Positions 20,418-30,923 of a DNA stretch of 64,000 nt are shown here, in pieces. The stretch is from a virus. The notes beneath the pieces were generated by a model. That model was not told the DNA's origin and made no database searches. It worked only from the letters and a program-made list of their open reading frames with translations. The DNA is taken from UHGV virus genome UHGV-1351982; one strand, written 5' to 3'. Each line of letters starts with the position of its first letter. Within the stretch, counting starts at the first letter, position 1. A program made the translations under genes and the position numbers.

Positions 20418-20903
20418 TTATCTGCGTAATGCACGCTTAGGTGGCATATAACGCACTGTTACATTTATTTCCGCTAAACCATATGGGGCCAGTAGACCTT
20501 CATCTGTAGCTACTGAGGTGATGTTCATATCAGTTGCCTCACATGGGAAGGTCGATCCATTAGGTTTACTAACAGTATATTCTAAATTTCCACCTGTGTC
20601 AATGACGGTTTTTATGTCAGCTACGAGTTTTTCAAGTTGCTCTTGAATATCTGTTTTCTCTTTGTCATACACGAGGATTGGAAGTTCTAAAAACATCCAC
20701 TGTTGGCCTGAAGGAAGATACTGCCCAGTTTCAGTTCCGATATGGACTGCCACATAAGGAAATTCTCGGATTTCCTCAAATTTATAAGTTTGACGAGAAA
20801 CGTTTCCATAAAGGTTATTGAAATACTCGTCAGGTTGTGAACCATCCATTTGTGTGGCGATTCGGTCAACCACTGCTTGTGCAATACTTGTTCTGTGATC
20901 CAT
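20418..20903 (-). CDS. putative tail terminator/completion protein
   Basis: 161 aa directly upstream of major tail tube gene. Confidence 0.4.
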   Translation of the reverse strand: MDHRTSIAQAVVDRIATQMDGSQPDEYFNNLYGNVSRQTYKFEEIREFPYVAVHIGTETGQYLPSGQQWMFLELPILVYDKEKTDIQEQLEKLVADIKTVIDTGGNLEYTVSKPNGSTFPCEATDMNITSVATDEGLLAPYGLAEINVTVRYMPPKRALRR

Positions 20904-20906
20904 TTA

Positions 20907-21674
20907 TTAGGTTCCTTGATTAACCTTGATTTTATATCTAGAATGAATCAGGTCTCTTGCAGCTTTTGCGATTGCTTCCCCAATAAGTTTTTGAGGGTTT
21001 CGAGCGCCAGGGTAAGGTCGTAGAGAAAGTCTTCGATATGTAGAAACTGCGGGGTTGAACACAGAATAAGGACGAACCATATAATTATACGTCACATTCA
21101 GCTCTGGAGCACCTTTACTAGTTTCTGCATCACGTAGCATAACGTCTTTAATCTTTAAGGAGTTAGCAAAGCGACCAGTTCTGAACTTCAATGGTGCTCC
21201 TGCTTTTTTCATATCCTTGATTAAGTATTCCTTAGCTACTATCTCAAGAATAGCACGCATGTTACTATTCGATACGAAACGACCGGAAGCACCTGTTACT
21301 GCACCAGAATAGCCATCTTCAGTATCTCTAGGATCTCCAAAGTTTACCTGAACTCTACCGGTAGAACGTTTTTTACCAACAGCAGAACGTTTACCTGCGG
21401 TTGCTTGAATTAGATTCTCTAGAGCACCTAAATCACCAGAAAGATCTAAGTTAGAAGAGACGGCCTTCAATATAGATGCTGTCCTAACATTTAATAAGTC
21501 TTGAGATACTGGTTTTGAGAATTTGAAAGATACCTGTGCAACTGTACCATCTCTTGTAGGATCTTTCAAACCTGTCTCAACTGTATACACAACAGTATTC
21601 TTATTATTCTCAGATCGTCCTGCAGTATCTAGCTGCTCTTTAATAATTTGTCTAGCTAGATCAGAAAGAGCCAT
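20907..21674 (-). CDS. putative neck/tail completion protein
   Basis: 255 aa in head-tail joining region. Confidence 0.4.
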   Translation of the reverse strand: MALSDLARQIIKEQLDTAGRSENNKNTVVYTVETGLKDPTRDGTVAQVSFKFSKPVSQDLLNVRTASILKAVSSNLDLSGDLGALENLIQATAGKRSAVGKKRSTGRVQVNFGDPRDTEDGYSGAVTGASGRFVSNSNMRAILEIVAKEYLIKDMKKAGAPLKFRTGRFANSLKIKDVMLRDAETSKGAPELNVTYNYMVRPYSVFNPAVSTYRRLSLRPYPGARNPQKLIGEAIAKAARDLIHSRYKIKVNQGT

Positions 21675-22186
21675 TACACTCTCCTATAGACTTCGATGAT
21701 TGTACGAATATGCTCTGGAATACCAGACTTAGTATTGTTAAACGTAACTGTCTCACCACCAATAGTCTTGGCTTGACGATAATCTTGCTTATGCCAGTGA
21801 TCTACTAACAGACATGCTGCCAGTTTAAGATCTTCAGGCATTGGATTGAAACCACCTTGAGTATACTCTACATCCATGTATCCTTCAGGAGGATTAAACT
21901 TAAGGAGAATAACACCATCAGGATACAGTTTAAACTGTTCCGGGTCTATTTCATTCTCGTTAATAGTCATCTTTGTAATAGATGTGGCTGAGGGAGAACT
22001 CAGAAAATATTTTCTGCGAGTAGGTTTTGTGTTGATTAGCTGATCTATCGCATCCGCATCATCCATACCTAAAAGGCTAGTAATCAGCGTATTGGCAGCC
22101 TTAATCATCATGTCTACTCCAGATTCGATTTCAGGTCGTTTTAGGCTACCGTATAGTCTATAATCTTCAGCTGTGATGATTTGCAT
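21674..22186 (-). CDS. putative head completion/connector protein
   Basis: 170 aa directly downstream of major capsid gene. Confidence 0.4.
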   Translation of the reverse strand: MQIITAEDYRLYGSLKRPEIESGVDMMIKAANTLITSLLGMDDADAIDQLINTKPTRRKYFLSSPSATSITKMTINENEIDPEQFKLYPDGVILLKFNPPEGYMDVEYTQGGFNPMPEDLKLAACLLVDHWHKQDYRQAKTIGGETVTFNNTKSGIPEHIRTIIEVYRRV

Positions 22187-22206
22187 TTATTTTTCCCAAT
22201 AAAAAA

Positions 22207-22224
22207 GGAGAGCCGAAGCTCTCC
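22207..22224 (-). terminator. rho-independent terminator after major capsid gene (GGAGAGC-CGAA-GCTCTCC plus U-run)
   Basis: 7-bp GC stem followed by TTTTTTATTGGG on minus-strand RNA; plausible attenuation after a highly expressed gene. Confidence 0.6.
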
Positions 22225-22245
22225 TTATCGGCTGAAAAGCCTGTA

Positions 22246-23619
22246 TTAAGCAGCGTAAGCACCAGATACAACGCCGTTTTCGAAGTAACGTTGCAGGTTA
22301 ACACGCTGAGTAACGTAGTATGCGTCACGCTGTTTTCCAGCTTGGCGCTCACGTTCAACAGTAACAGCACGCTGACGCGGCATTACGAAGTTATCTTTGT
22401 AAACAATAACTGCGAATTCAGCGGAAGCAGCTTTAGCTGGGAAGTACTCAGAAACTACAACCGGTAGACCGTAAATACGACCAACCTGACCCTGCAGTTT
22501 AACAGCATCATTACCAACCTGGGCAACATCCTGCCATTCTTCATCTTCCAGCAGATCGTAGTAAGCATCCATAGATACGATCAGTACCAGTTTACTCAGT
22601 TTCAAACCATGACGGCCCAGTTTACGACGCAGCTTGGAGATAGTCTTAGCAGTTACCAGAACAGAACCGTCAGCTTTAGCTTCGGTAACAACCTTAGCAC
22701 CATCATCAGCAGCCAGTTTCAGCAGACCCTTAGGCTGACCAGTACCATTACCAGACATGAAAGCTTCTTCGATAGAAACAGCGTGTGCTTCGATCAGACG
22801 CTTACGCAGCAGAGGCAGCAGGGAGAAGATTGCATCTTCTTCAGTTTCATCAGTGATGAAGGATTTAGCAGCCAGCTTGTAAGTTTTGAAGCTGATTTCA
22901 GTCAGTTGACCTTTAACTTCGTCACCAACAGTTTCGTCAGTACCGAATTTGGAAGCGTCTACCCAAGTAGCACGACCAGCTTCTGGTTCAACGAGCATAG
23001 TAAGAATTTTGCTGGACATTGGCAGTTCATCGAACAGTGCACCAACTACCAGTTCCTTCTGCAGGTCACGGATAATACGGGTAGAGAAGATAGTTTCGTA
23101 TGCTTCGCTAGACATGGAAACGGAAGAAGAACCGTTAACAGCTTTAACGTGAGCCTTACCATGTTCAGTTTCGAATACGTCCTTCTCCATCATATAAGAC
23201 AGAAGAACCAGTTTCTCAACTTCATCCTCGAAAGCATCCTGAGTGCCATAAAGAGCTTTAGCTACGCTATCACCAACGAAGGAACGACCTTCACGAGCTG
23301 CCAACAGAGACTTGATTTCGTCCTGAAGACCAACGATGGTTTCCTGTTGCTTTTCTACAGTCTGTGCAAACAATTCTGCGCTCTTCTTAGACTTCTCGTC
23401 CAGGTTCTTAACCAGATCCAGAGCTTCTTCCAGACGCTTACGGTCTTCACCAACAGCTTTAGATACTAGGTCGTTCATACGAGCCAGTTCTTTTTCTTCC
23501 TGCTCTTCACGCAGACGCTTAGCTTCCGCAGCTTTCTGAGCAGCAGTCAGACCTTCCAGAGATTTAGCCAGATCACCCAGACCAAGTTCTTCCTTCAGCT
23601 TATTAATATCAATAGTCAT
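22246..23619 (-). CDS. pb8: major capsid protein precursor (T5 pb8-like)
   Basis: 457 aa; N-terminal coiled-coil delta domain (KLKEELGLGDLAKSLEGL..) followed by capsid body; downstream of protease. Confidence 0.85.
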   Translation of the reverse strand: MTIDINKLKEELGLGDLAKSLEGLTAAQKAAEAKRLREEQEEKELARMNDLVSKAVGEDRKRLEEALDLVKNLDEKSKKSAELFAQTVEKQQETIVGLQDEIKSLLAAREGRSFVGDSVAKALYGTQDAFEDEVEKLVLLSYMMEKDVFETEHGKAHVKAVNGSSSVSMSSEAYETIFSTRIIRDLQKELVVGALFDELPMSSKILTMLVEPEAGRATWVDASKFGTDETVGDEVKGQLTEISFKTYKLAAKSFITDETEEDAIFSLLPLLRKRLIEAHAVSIEEAFMSGNGTGQPKGLLKLAADDGAKVVTEAKADGSVLVTAKTISKLRRKLGRHGLKLSKLVLIVSMDAYYDLLEDEEWQDVAQVGNDAVKLQGQVGRIYGLPVVVSEYFPAKAASAEFAVIVYKDNFVMPRQRAVTVERERQAGKQRDAYYVTQRVNLQRYFENGVVSGAYAA

Positions 23620-23636
23620 TTTTAAATAATTCTCCG

Positions 23637-24269
23637 TTATTCTTTAACGTAGCCTAAAGCTATCGCAAGTTTTTCTAGTTCAGAAAGATTACGTTCTTGA
23701 GCTGGGACAGCCTTAGAACTTGTTGCAGTAAAAGATTTGCGCCATTCAGTGTAATCGTGGCCATTCATACTCTTAGCGAGGTTGAACGTTGAGTCCTGAT
23801 TACAAGGTACAGAAACTACCGAAACTTCGTATAGTTCTAAATCTTTAATAATAAATATGTCAGTAGCTTCATCCCATTCTGCGTCTAGGCAGCGGAATCC
23901 GATACTGAAGGTTTTCAGTACACCGTTTTTAATTAGTGAGAAGATAGCTGGATCAGAACTTTCATAAATCTCGCATTCAATTTCGAGACCCATTTCAGTA
24001 GGGTTAAGATCAATACACTTGCCGATTGGACGACGATGGTCGTGGCCGAAAAGAATAATCGGGTTTTTCATGTAGTTAGCAAGTGCATTAGACGTTTTCC
24101 ATGCCGAAGCAGGAATTACGTCACCAGCGCGATCTTTACTAATTGTATTAGCGAATCCACGGATTTTTACAACACCCTCTTTGGATTCGCTATCAATAGA
24201 CTTAATGTAAGCGTCTAAATGAACCGGTGCTGATTTTAACTTGTTATAGTCAATAGCAGCATTTGTCAT
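23637..24269 (-). CDS. pb11: prohead protease (T5 pb11-like)
   Basis: 210 aa with FGHDH motif of HK97-type prohead proteases; between decoration protein and capsid genes. Confidence 0.75.
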   Translation of the reverse strand: MTNAAIDYNKLKSAPVHLDAYIKSIDSESKEGVVKIRGFANTISKDRAGDVIPASAWKTSNALANYMKNPIILFGHDHRRPIGKCIDLNPTEMGLEIECEIYESSDPAIFSLIKNGVLKTFSIGFRCLDAEWDEATDIFIIKDLELYEVSVVSVPCNQDSTFNLAKSMNGHDYTEWRKSFTATSSKAVPAQERNLSELEKLAIALGYVKE

Positions 24270-24272
24270 TTA

Positions 24273-24755
24273 TTAAGCCTCCAGCGCAGGGTTGATAGTT
24301 GTTACGCACTCGTTAGAAGTAATAGAAGTAGATTTACTATCCGTTACAACAACTTTGTAAGTACCAGCATCTTCTGCAGCAGCTGTAGCTTTGTTGAAAT
24401 TAGGGCCAGTAACACCACTAAGTGGAGAACCGTCTTTAGTCCAAGCATAAGTATATGGTGCAGTACCACCAGTAACTGTTACGCCCAGATTAATTGCTGC
24501 ACCAGTATCAACAGCTAGAGTTTTAGCCAGATTCTTCGTGAAAGCTAGAGCCGGAACAACCGGAGCAGTAACTTCGTATGCTTCTTTGAACTTATTCCAA
24601 ACCTTGCGGTTGGTATGTGCAGTGGTCATTCCAAACTCTTTACGTAGAGTAGTGTAGTTTGGAACGAACTTGTGTGCTGCAACCGTAGCAAAGAAGATAT
24701 GAGATTCTGGCAGCTTTTCACCAAAAATGGCCTTTAGACCATCATAATCAATCAT
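24273..24755 (-). CDS. capsid decoration protein with Ig-like domain (T5 pb10-like)
   Basis: 160 aa; C-terminal TVTGGTAPYTYAWTKDGSPL..GTYKVVVTD is Ig-like. Confidence 0.6.
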   Translation of the reverse strand: MIDYDGLKAIFGEKLPESHIFFATVAAHKFVPNYTTLRKEFGMTTAHTNRKVWNKFKEAYEVTAPVVPALAFTKNLAKTLAVDTGAAINLGVTVTGGTAPYTYAWTKDGSPLSGVTGPNFNKATAAAEDAGTYKVVVTDSKSTSITSNECVTTINPALEA

Positions 24756-25969
24756 TCTTTATCCCCATCGGCAGTGCCTTGCGGTCTACCACCTTCTTGA
24801 CCAGATACACCTGTTGCAGAACCAGCAACGTTAGCAGGAATACGAATCTTATTCATCTGCTCATCATCTAAAGGTTCAAGGTTAAGCTCTTCACGAGCTT
24901 CGTTACCAGTCATGATACCGTTATTAACCAAAGAGGTTAAATGTTTAGCCTCAGCTTCTTTATCTGGCGTCAGTGCAGCTACTTCCTTAGTATTAGGAGT
25001 AACCTTGTAGCCAAAGAAGAAAGTAAGAGAACTAGTCAGCTTGTTCAGCATAGGAATGATAGTCATGTAATAGAACAATTCGATGTTTGGTCGAATGTTA
25101 GCATTATTACCACCATCAAGTAACACTTGCGGAACACCAAAGGCAAGACAGATGGATTTATTAAATCCTTCGATATCTTCCTTGAAGTCTAGATCTTTAA
25201 AAGAGGATATTTGGGAGTACGGTTTTGCTTTCATACCACCATCTAGAATCAGGACAGTAGACTGACCAGTACTAGGATTATAATCGAGTTGTAATTCTTC
25301 TTGTTTACGCTCACGCAATTTCTTGTTCAGGATTTCATCCGTCTCAAGAATAAGACCAATCACTGTGCCGTTATCGAGGAACTTCTCTTTAAAGTTAAGC
25401 ATTTTAGAACGCTTCTCAAGAGAGTCAATAACTGTAGCAACACGAGATTGTCCAGAAATTTGGGAGTTTGTGCCACACACGTAACTGTTATCCTTTATAA
25501 AGATAATCTCATCTACGCGATAGTCTATCTGGTTATTAAATATGAATTTTTTGATAAACTTATTGGCATCTGCCTCTACTTGCATTAGTGCAGCAGGGAC
25601 ATGGTAAAGTGCTGTGCCATCCCAATAGATGTATGCACAACCCTCAAAAAGTAGGTCAGTGACTACAAGTCTACGGAATGTGCTTATATCCATGAATGGA
25701 TTAGGTCGTACATTTAAGAGAGTGTCTAGAGTCTTTGCCTTGACGCCATTAGCGTACGTGACAATATTATATTTATCTCCGACAGTATAAGAACACTCCG
25801 CCGCACTATCGATAACCATGTTAGCAGTTCGGTTGAGAATCTCAATCTTACTGTAGGCTTGTCCAGTGGTAAATGGCTTACGGTTAGTGCGATGACTAAC
25901 TGGTTCCATGTCTCTTATAATACGTTGACCCGGATTTAGCTTTTCAGTAATCCAGCTTTTTAAACCCAT
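24752..25969 (-). CDS. pb7: portal protein (T5 pb7-like)
   Basis: 405 aa, downstream of terminase side of the head module; acidic C-terminus. Confidence 0.75.
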   Translation of the reverse strand: MGLKSWITEKLNPGQRIIRDMEPVSHRTNRKPFTTGQAYSKIEILNRTANMVIDSAAECSYTVGDKYNIVTYANGVKAKTLDTLLNVRPNPFMDISTFRRLVVTDLLFEGCAYIYWDGTALYHVPAALMQVEADANKFIKKFIFNNQIDYRVDEIIFIKDNSYVCGTNSQISGQSRVATVIDSLEKRSKMLNFKEKFLDNGTVIGLILETDEILNKKLRERKQEELQLDYNPSTGQSTVLILDGGMKAKPYSQISSFKDLDFKEDIEGFNKSICLAFGVPQVLLDGGNNANIRPNIELFYYMTIIPMLNKLTSSLTFFFGYKVTPNTKEVAALTPDKEAEAKHLTSLVNNGIMTGNEAREELNLEPLDDEQMNKIRIPANVAGSATGVSGQEGGRPQGTADGDKE

Positions 25970-26493
25970 TATAAGAACCTTGCGAATCCTGATTTAATTT
26001 CAGTCTTGACTTGTGTCTTTTCTTGAGGATTCTGTAGCTTTTCCTTTTGTTTAAGAACCCATACCTTCTGCTTATTAGCAGAGAAAAGGGGAGGTTCTTT
26101 AGTGTACACCTTATGTAATAGTTGGTGATGGTGGACACAAAGGGTAACAGTGTCATCTACTAGCTCATGCCTATATCTTTCATAGAATGCCGTCCTATTT
26201 GAGAGGACTGTTTCTTCGTCAGTGAAATCCAACTGGAGTTCTTTAGCAAATTTTTTAACTAGTAGAGACACTGTATGGTAATGATGAAGCTCTAATTCTT
26301 CACCACAACCACAGATTTCGCAGCGATCGGCTTTTTTATATTGACTTTTTATACCGTCTCGCATGAGTGATATAGCATCACGTTTATATTTTACATTTCC
26401 TGCCACAGTATTCTCCTCAACTGTATGAATATAGTATACATAATCATGTCGAATTTGTAAAGGGGATTTTAAAATGCAGGAATGGGATACCAA
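25969..26493 (-). CDS. HNH-type endonuclease-like protein
   Basis: Cys/His clusters CEICGCGEELELHHYH and LCVHHHQLLH; located between terminase and portal. Confidence 0.4.
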   Translation of the reverse strand: MVSHSCILKSPLQIRHDYVYYIHTVEENTVAGNVKYKRDAISLMRDGIKSQYKKADRCEICGCGEELELHHYHTVSLLVKKFAKELQLDFTDEETVLSNRTAFYERYRHELVDDTVTLCVHHHQLLHKVYTKEPPLFSANKQKVWVLKQKEKLQNPQEKTQVKTEIKSGFARFL

Positions 26494-26520
26494 CTGAGTA
26501 GTATCCCATCCTATACTTAT

Positions 26521-27837
26521 TTATTTCCCACGGGAAATTGAGTAAATTCCATAACGCAGTGCGTCACAAAGGTGAGAGTTCGCATCATGACGTGGTTTTT
26601 CACGTGATAATTTCTCTTCGCCTTCCTGGAAGTCCCACTTGTAGTTCGCTAGGGCGTGGATCAATGAGGTACATGAAGCATCTACGATGATCTTGCCTTG
26701 CTGGAACAGTGCTTGCAGACATGCCAAACCATCTAGGACAGATTTCTTAGCAGGTGCAGAAGCGATTTCATGTTCATATGCTAAGTCCTGACGGAACTGA
26801 GCAGCAGCGGAGTCTACAAATATACGATCAACATTATAACGATCTATGCAGTGTTGGATATAAGCAGCGTGTTGAGCTGTAGTCTTTTCAGCTTGCTGAT
26901 ATTCTTCCAGTACGTAATAAACATCAGTATCATAGTGATACTTGATAGTAAGAACTGCTGTAGGGTCACGATAACCAACGTCGATACCAAGTAATGTTTC
27001 GAAAGCCTCATCATCTTTAAAGAAGTGGCGCATACCTTTGAGGTCTTTAACATGTTCGATAGCATTGAAGGTGTCAAAGATCTGACCTTCGAATACAGAG
27101 AAGTCAGCCTCATATTCTTGACGGAAGTAGTTTTTACTAACAGTACGACGCGCTTCTTCGATATCGTTCAGATCAGCACGTGGGTTATCACGATATGTAC
27201 CATGAATAGATACCCAGTTAGGTAGCGTTTCGTTAAATCCTTTCTCATAGAACTCTTTAAACCAGTTACCACCACGAGGTGTGGAAATAAACAGAGCTTT
27301 AGAGTTTGGCTTATCTAGAGTAGGACGTAACTGAATATCGAAAGCTGCACCACCAACGTCGGAAATCGCTGCTTCGTCAAAAATGATGAAGTCATATGAA
27401 CGACCAACCGCGGAGTCAGCCTGCGCCGCAGAAGCCAGCTTAAAGAGAGAGCCGTTTGCTAGCTCAATCTCTTTATCTTTGGCGTTCTCACGTTCAGTCT
27501 GTAGTCCATACTTCTTAATAAGACCACGAATCTGTGACCAACCGATGTTAGCCAGTGAGTAGTTAGGTGCAACTACCAGCACCTTCACATTGGGTTCCAG
27601 AAGTTTTAGGAACCCAAGTGTATATGCGATGAATGACTTACCTACACGACGTGATACACATGCAGTCACGAAGCGGTGTCTTGGGTCTTCCAGCGCATTA
27701 ATGATTGCAATCTGAGGGGCATTAGGTGTAATTCCCTCTTGAGCTAGAATGCTAGAGACTGGCAGACGGAAGAATCGTTTGTCAATACCAAAGTCAATAA
27801 CATCTGTGGTGTTAATATAGTCTCTAGAGACTTTCAT
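26521..27837 (-). CDS. terL: terminase large subunit
   Basis: 438 aa; Walker A VSRRVGKS, Walker B FIIFDEA, C-terminal nuclease-like region (IDVGYRDP, VDSA). Confidence 0.85.
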   Translation of the reverse strand: MKVSRDYINTTDVIDFGIDKRFFRLPVSSILAQEGITPNAPQIAIINALEDPRHRFVTACVSRRVGKSFIAYTLGFLKLLEPNVKVLVVAPNYSLANIGWSQIRGLIKKYGLQTERENAKDKEIELANGSLFKLASAAQADSAVGRSYDFIIFDEAAISDVGGAAFDIQLRPTLDKPNSKALFISTPRGGNWFKEFYEKGFNETLPNWVSIHGTYRDNPRADLNDIEEARRTVSKNYFRQEYEADFSVFEGQIFDTFNAIEHVKDLKGMRHFFKDDEAFETLLGIDVGYRDPTAVLTIKYHYDTDVYYVLEEYQQAEKTTAQHAAYIQHCIDRYNVDRIFVDSAAAQFRQDLAYEHEIASAPAKKSVLDGLACLQALFQQGKIIVDASCTSLIHALANYKWDFQEGEEKLSREKPRHDANSHLCDALRYGIYSISRGK

Positions 27838-28319
27838 TATCTCTTACCTCCTCCTGCTAGAGCGGTAATAAGATTCATATAGTTTTCGTCACCACTTCCA
27901 GCAATAATATTATTCTGAATATTAGTCTGGTTAGCCGGAGTACGGGCTGCTGCCTTCACTTTCTCCAGTTCTACCATCATTTTCATTTCTTCCATCTTCA
28001 TCTTGTGCGCCTTCCAGAGAATATCCATGATATCCTGGTCAGAACCCATGCCAGTTTCTTCGAGTTCTTCCAACTTGCGCTTGATAACTTCATCAAGAAC
28101 TCCGAATAAGCGGTCACGATTACGGAAGCCGCTTTCCATAAAGATATCGTTAAGATAGTTTTTAACTTCCCCACGATTCATTATATCACGGAATGCAATC
28201 TCGGACATCCCAAGACTACGAGCAGCGGCAGGAACATCACTACCGCACTGTAAATAGGCTTCAATAACATCCATGCCTTCGGGAGACATGAGATCGGGAA
28301 CTAATACATCATTTGCCAT
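27837..28319 (-). CDS. putative terminase small subunit
   Basis: 160 aa directly upstream of terL with overlapping stop/start; HTH-like N-terminus. Confidence 0.45.
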   Translation of the reverse strand: MANDVLVPDLMSPEGMDVIEAYLQCGSDVPAAARSLGMSEIAFRDIMNRGEVKNYLNDIFMESGFRNRDRLFGVLDEVIKRKLEELEETGMGSDQDIMDILWKAHKMKMEEMKMMVELEKVKAAARTPANQTNIQNNIIAGSGDENYMNLITALAGGGKR

Positions 28320-28329
28320 ATATCCTCCT

Positions 28330-30111
28330 TTAGGTTAGGCGTTGAACTGTTACACGTAGTCTTGGCAAGAAAACAGCTGCCGCTTCTGCAGCGTGAATGA
28401 TAACACCCAACTCAACGTTGCCATTACCAAGGTTTTTAATAGTATAAATATATCCGTTCCTACGGAAAGCAAACTTATCAGGCCTACTAGCCCAAGTTTG
28501 TGTATAACTATAGGAAGTTGTACTGTGATAAGGTACTAGATATCCAGGTGGCAGAGTAAGAATCTGGTGGAATACACCATCACCAGCTGTATAACTTTGT
28601 TGACGTCTACCTTGTACCTGCCAAGCGCTACCGCCGTAAGTACGCACAGGCATTCCAGCAGTATTAAGATTACCCATAATAACTTCAGTAGTTAATATAA
28701 CGGTAGAGTGAGCATTAGGTAATCCTAACCAAACAGTGGCCAAAGGTGTATAGAAGTCACCAGCACCAGGGTAGGAAGGAGTTATATCATCACCAACATA
28801 AGTACTTGCAACGTTGCCTGGAAATAACCTGAGGGGTACAGTACTAGGACTCCACACAGGTCCATGTTCATTACCGATGGAGTTGGTATTAGTATCTACA
28901 TACCATTGTTTACCTACACCAAATTTATATAAGCTAATTTGAGAAGCTGCACCCCCATAGTTAACAGGAGACCACAACCCGCCATTACTAGAGCCGATAA
29001 ATTCACATCGTGCAGTATTATCACCAAAAACTCCGGTATACGCAGCGTTATTACCAACATACTCCATATCAGGGCGATAGCCTAAGTTTCCAAAGGCATT
29101 CTGGTTAATGAATTTATATCCTGTATTTGGTAAACTAACACCTTTAATAGTAAAGTTAGATGGAGATATTAGGATATCTGAACCGGTAAATGGATTACCA
29201 GAAACTCCCATACTACCATTAGAATAGCGCAGATTTAGCACATACCAAATAACCTTAGTTGGCGTAACGTTATACCAGTCCTGTACATATACCTTTCTAG
29301 CAGACTGAGCAGCCATATTAGAAGTAGAACCTCTACAAACATATATTTTTTTTGGATATGCAGGAGATTGGTAAAGAACGTTTACGTTATCTGGTAGTAC
29401 ACCTTTCTTACCTGCAAAGCCACGAATATTAGAATTACAAACATAAAACCAATCATGGCCTCTACCAGCAGAACCAACAGGCGCCTGCCAGTTAGGTTCC
29501 CAATAATCTGCGTTACCACCATCTAAAGGAACAGTAGAGACACCAGTTGGAAAACCCATAAGACTCCAGGCTCTGGCAATGGCTTCACCAGCAGAAACAC
29601 CACCAGGTCTAAAGATCTGGAAACCAGAGGACTGTAGTAAACTGCCTCCAGAACCTTGCCGAGCAATAGATTCCTCATGACCAAGACCACCATTATAGAT
29701 ATAGGTACCATGAGCTAAACTATCACCGATCGCAAAAGCAGATGTTACAGATAATTCAGCACCAGCACGTGGTTGGTCTTCAAAGAATGATAAGAACTGG
29801 CCAACCTGAGATTGTGTACCATTAAGGAAACCCCTATGAGTACCATTTATCTCAATAGCAGTTAATATAACTCTACCAGGATCATTGGATTTAATGTTTA
29901 TAATATCCCAAGGCATCTGAGTAACAAAGTACCCATTACCTGCATCACCTAGGGCAGCCTCATAAGTCCCATCAACTAGGACGAAGGGCATATCTGAGTG
30001 GAAGATACTATTAGTATTTGGAGAGTAGTGCTGATTTATATCACCACCATTAGCAGCGTTTAGAGATAATACAGTTTTACCATCACTAAATTTTCCTGCG
30101 AAAAAACTCAT
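28330..30111 (-). CDS. oad: receptor-binding protein (T5 pb5/oad-like)
   Basis: 593 aa; N-terminus [18 protein letters not shown]...IFHSDM resembles my recollection of T5 pb5; divergently adjacent to llp as in T5-like phages. Confidence 0.6.
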   Translation of the reverse strand: MSFFAGKFSDGKTVLSLNAANGGDINQHYSPNTNSIFHSDMPFVLVDGTYEAALGDAGNGYFVTQMPWDIINIKSNDPGRVILTAIEINGTHRGFLNGTQSQVGQFLSFFEDQPRAGAELSVTSAFAIGDSLAHGTYIYNGGLGHEESIARQGSGGSLLQSSGFQIFRPGGVSAGEAIARAWSLMGFPTGVSTVPLDGGNADYWEPNWQAPVGSAGRGHDWFYVCNSNIRGFAGKKGVLPDNVNVLYQSPAYPKKIYVCRGSTSNMAAQSARKVYVQDWYNVTPTKVIWYVLNLRYSNGSMGVSGNPFTGSDILISPSNFTIKGVSLPNTGYKFINQNAFGNLGYRPDMEYVGNNAAYTGVFGDNTARCEFIGSSNGGLWSPVNYGGAASQISLYKFGVGKQWYVDTNTNSIGNEHGPVWSPSTVPLRLFPGNVASTYVGDDITPSYPGAGDFYTPLATVWLGLPNAHSTVILTTEVIMGNLNTAGMPVRTYGGSAWQVQGRRQQSYTAGDGVFHQILTLPPGYLVPYHSTTSYSYTQTWASRPDKFAFRRNGYIYTIKNLGNGNVELGVIIHAAEAAAVFLPRLRVTVQRLT

Positions 30112-30136
30112 ACAATCTCCTTCTTTAAAAATGTAT

Positions 30137-30165
30137 TTGCTTAGATCCCTCTATTTTGCTATAAT
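30137..30165 (+). promoter_or_regulatory. early-type promoter (TTGCTT-N17-TATAAT) with ATAAATT leader upstream of llp
   Basis: Hexamers and spacing read directly; same family as minus-strand early promoters. Confidence 0.55.
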
Positions 30166-30194
30166 ATATTTATAAATTAAACAGAGGAACGATT

Positions 30195-30461
30195 ATGAAA
30201 AAGTTACTAGCTATCGTAGTTGCAGCAGTAGTGTTGACTGGTTGTGTGCCAGCTCCCGAGCCATTTTGTAGGGCATATGTGAAGTCTTATGGTCATGTTG
30301 GTGAAGAACACTACGCTTTAGATATTCGAGAAGCACGTACTGTGGGCTACCGATTCCCTAAAACTCAGTTACGCACTAAGTTTGGGTGGTGGGATTTGTC
30401 ACAGTTTGATCTCAAATATGGCGATTGCAAATTTAAACTAGAACAATCTGGTCACTTGTAA
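30195..30461 (+). CDS. llp: lipoprotein Llp-like (receptor-blocking superinfection exclusion)
   Basis: Signal peptide with lipobox LTGC; small; divergent from the receptor-binding gene as in T5. Confidence 0.6.
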   Translation: MKKLLAIVVAAVVLTGCVPAPEPFCRAYVKSYGHVGEEHYALDIREARTVGYRFPKTQLRTKFGWWDLSQFDLKYGDCKFKLEQSGHL

Positions 30462-30535
30462 TTAGTATAAAGTAAAAAGATCTCGAAGTAAACAAAAATT
30501 TTTATTTCTGGGATGAGGTACAGGTAGCAAACACA

Positions 30536-30850
30536 ATGCAAGATGAAGAAAAGTCCTTTCAGGAACCTGTTAACTTTGAAATAGATCCCAGGACTAAAGC
30601 AATACATGATGCGATTAACGAAATCATTCAAGACGTCATAGAAGATACAATGGAAGATGTGATGGGAACATCCTTCTTACTAGAAGAATCCGGCTTCGAT
30701 GAAGTAATGGATCTTATCGGGACAGTCATAATGGTTCGTGCAATTGCTAGGATATTCCAAATACCAGGACTACAGGAGAAGCAAAGAGATGTCAGACGAC
30801 AACAGAAGAAAGAACAGACGCGGGGAAGTGTACGAAAGTTGGATAAATAG
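30536..30850 (+). CDS. hypothetical acidic protein
   Basis: 104-aa ORF, acidic N-terminal half, basic C-terminus. Confidence 0.4.
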   Translation: MQDEEKSFQEPVNFEIDPRTKAIHDAINEIIQDVIEDTMEDVMGTSFLLEESGFDEVMDLIGTVIMVRAIARIFQIPGLQEKQRDVRRQQKKEQTRGSVRKLDK

Positions 30851-30923
30851 TTTCGGATTCGGGACTGTATTATTCTTTATCTTTGTACTCTTTTGGTTAG
30901 CGGCTATGGCGGGATGGTTATAA
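30738..30923 (+). CDS. possible small membrane protein (overlapping, uncertain)
   Basis: C-terminal hydrophobic helix GTVLFFIFVLFWLAAMAGWL; overlaps previous ORF in another frame. Confidence 0.25.
   Translation: MQLLGYSKYQDYRRSKEMSDDNRRKNRRGEVYESWINSFGFGTVLFFIFVLFWLAAMAGWL

Noticed and set aside
22609-23469. 286-aa plus-strand ORF
   Set aside because: Lies entirely antisense within the major capsid gene and has low-complexity Ser/Phe-rich composition; treated as a shadow ORF.
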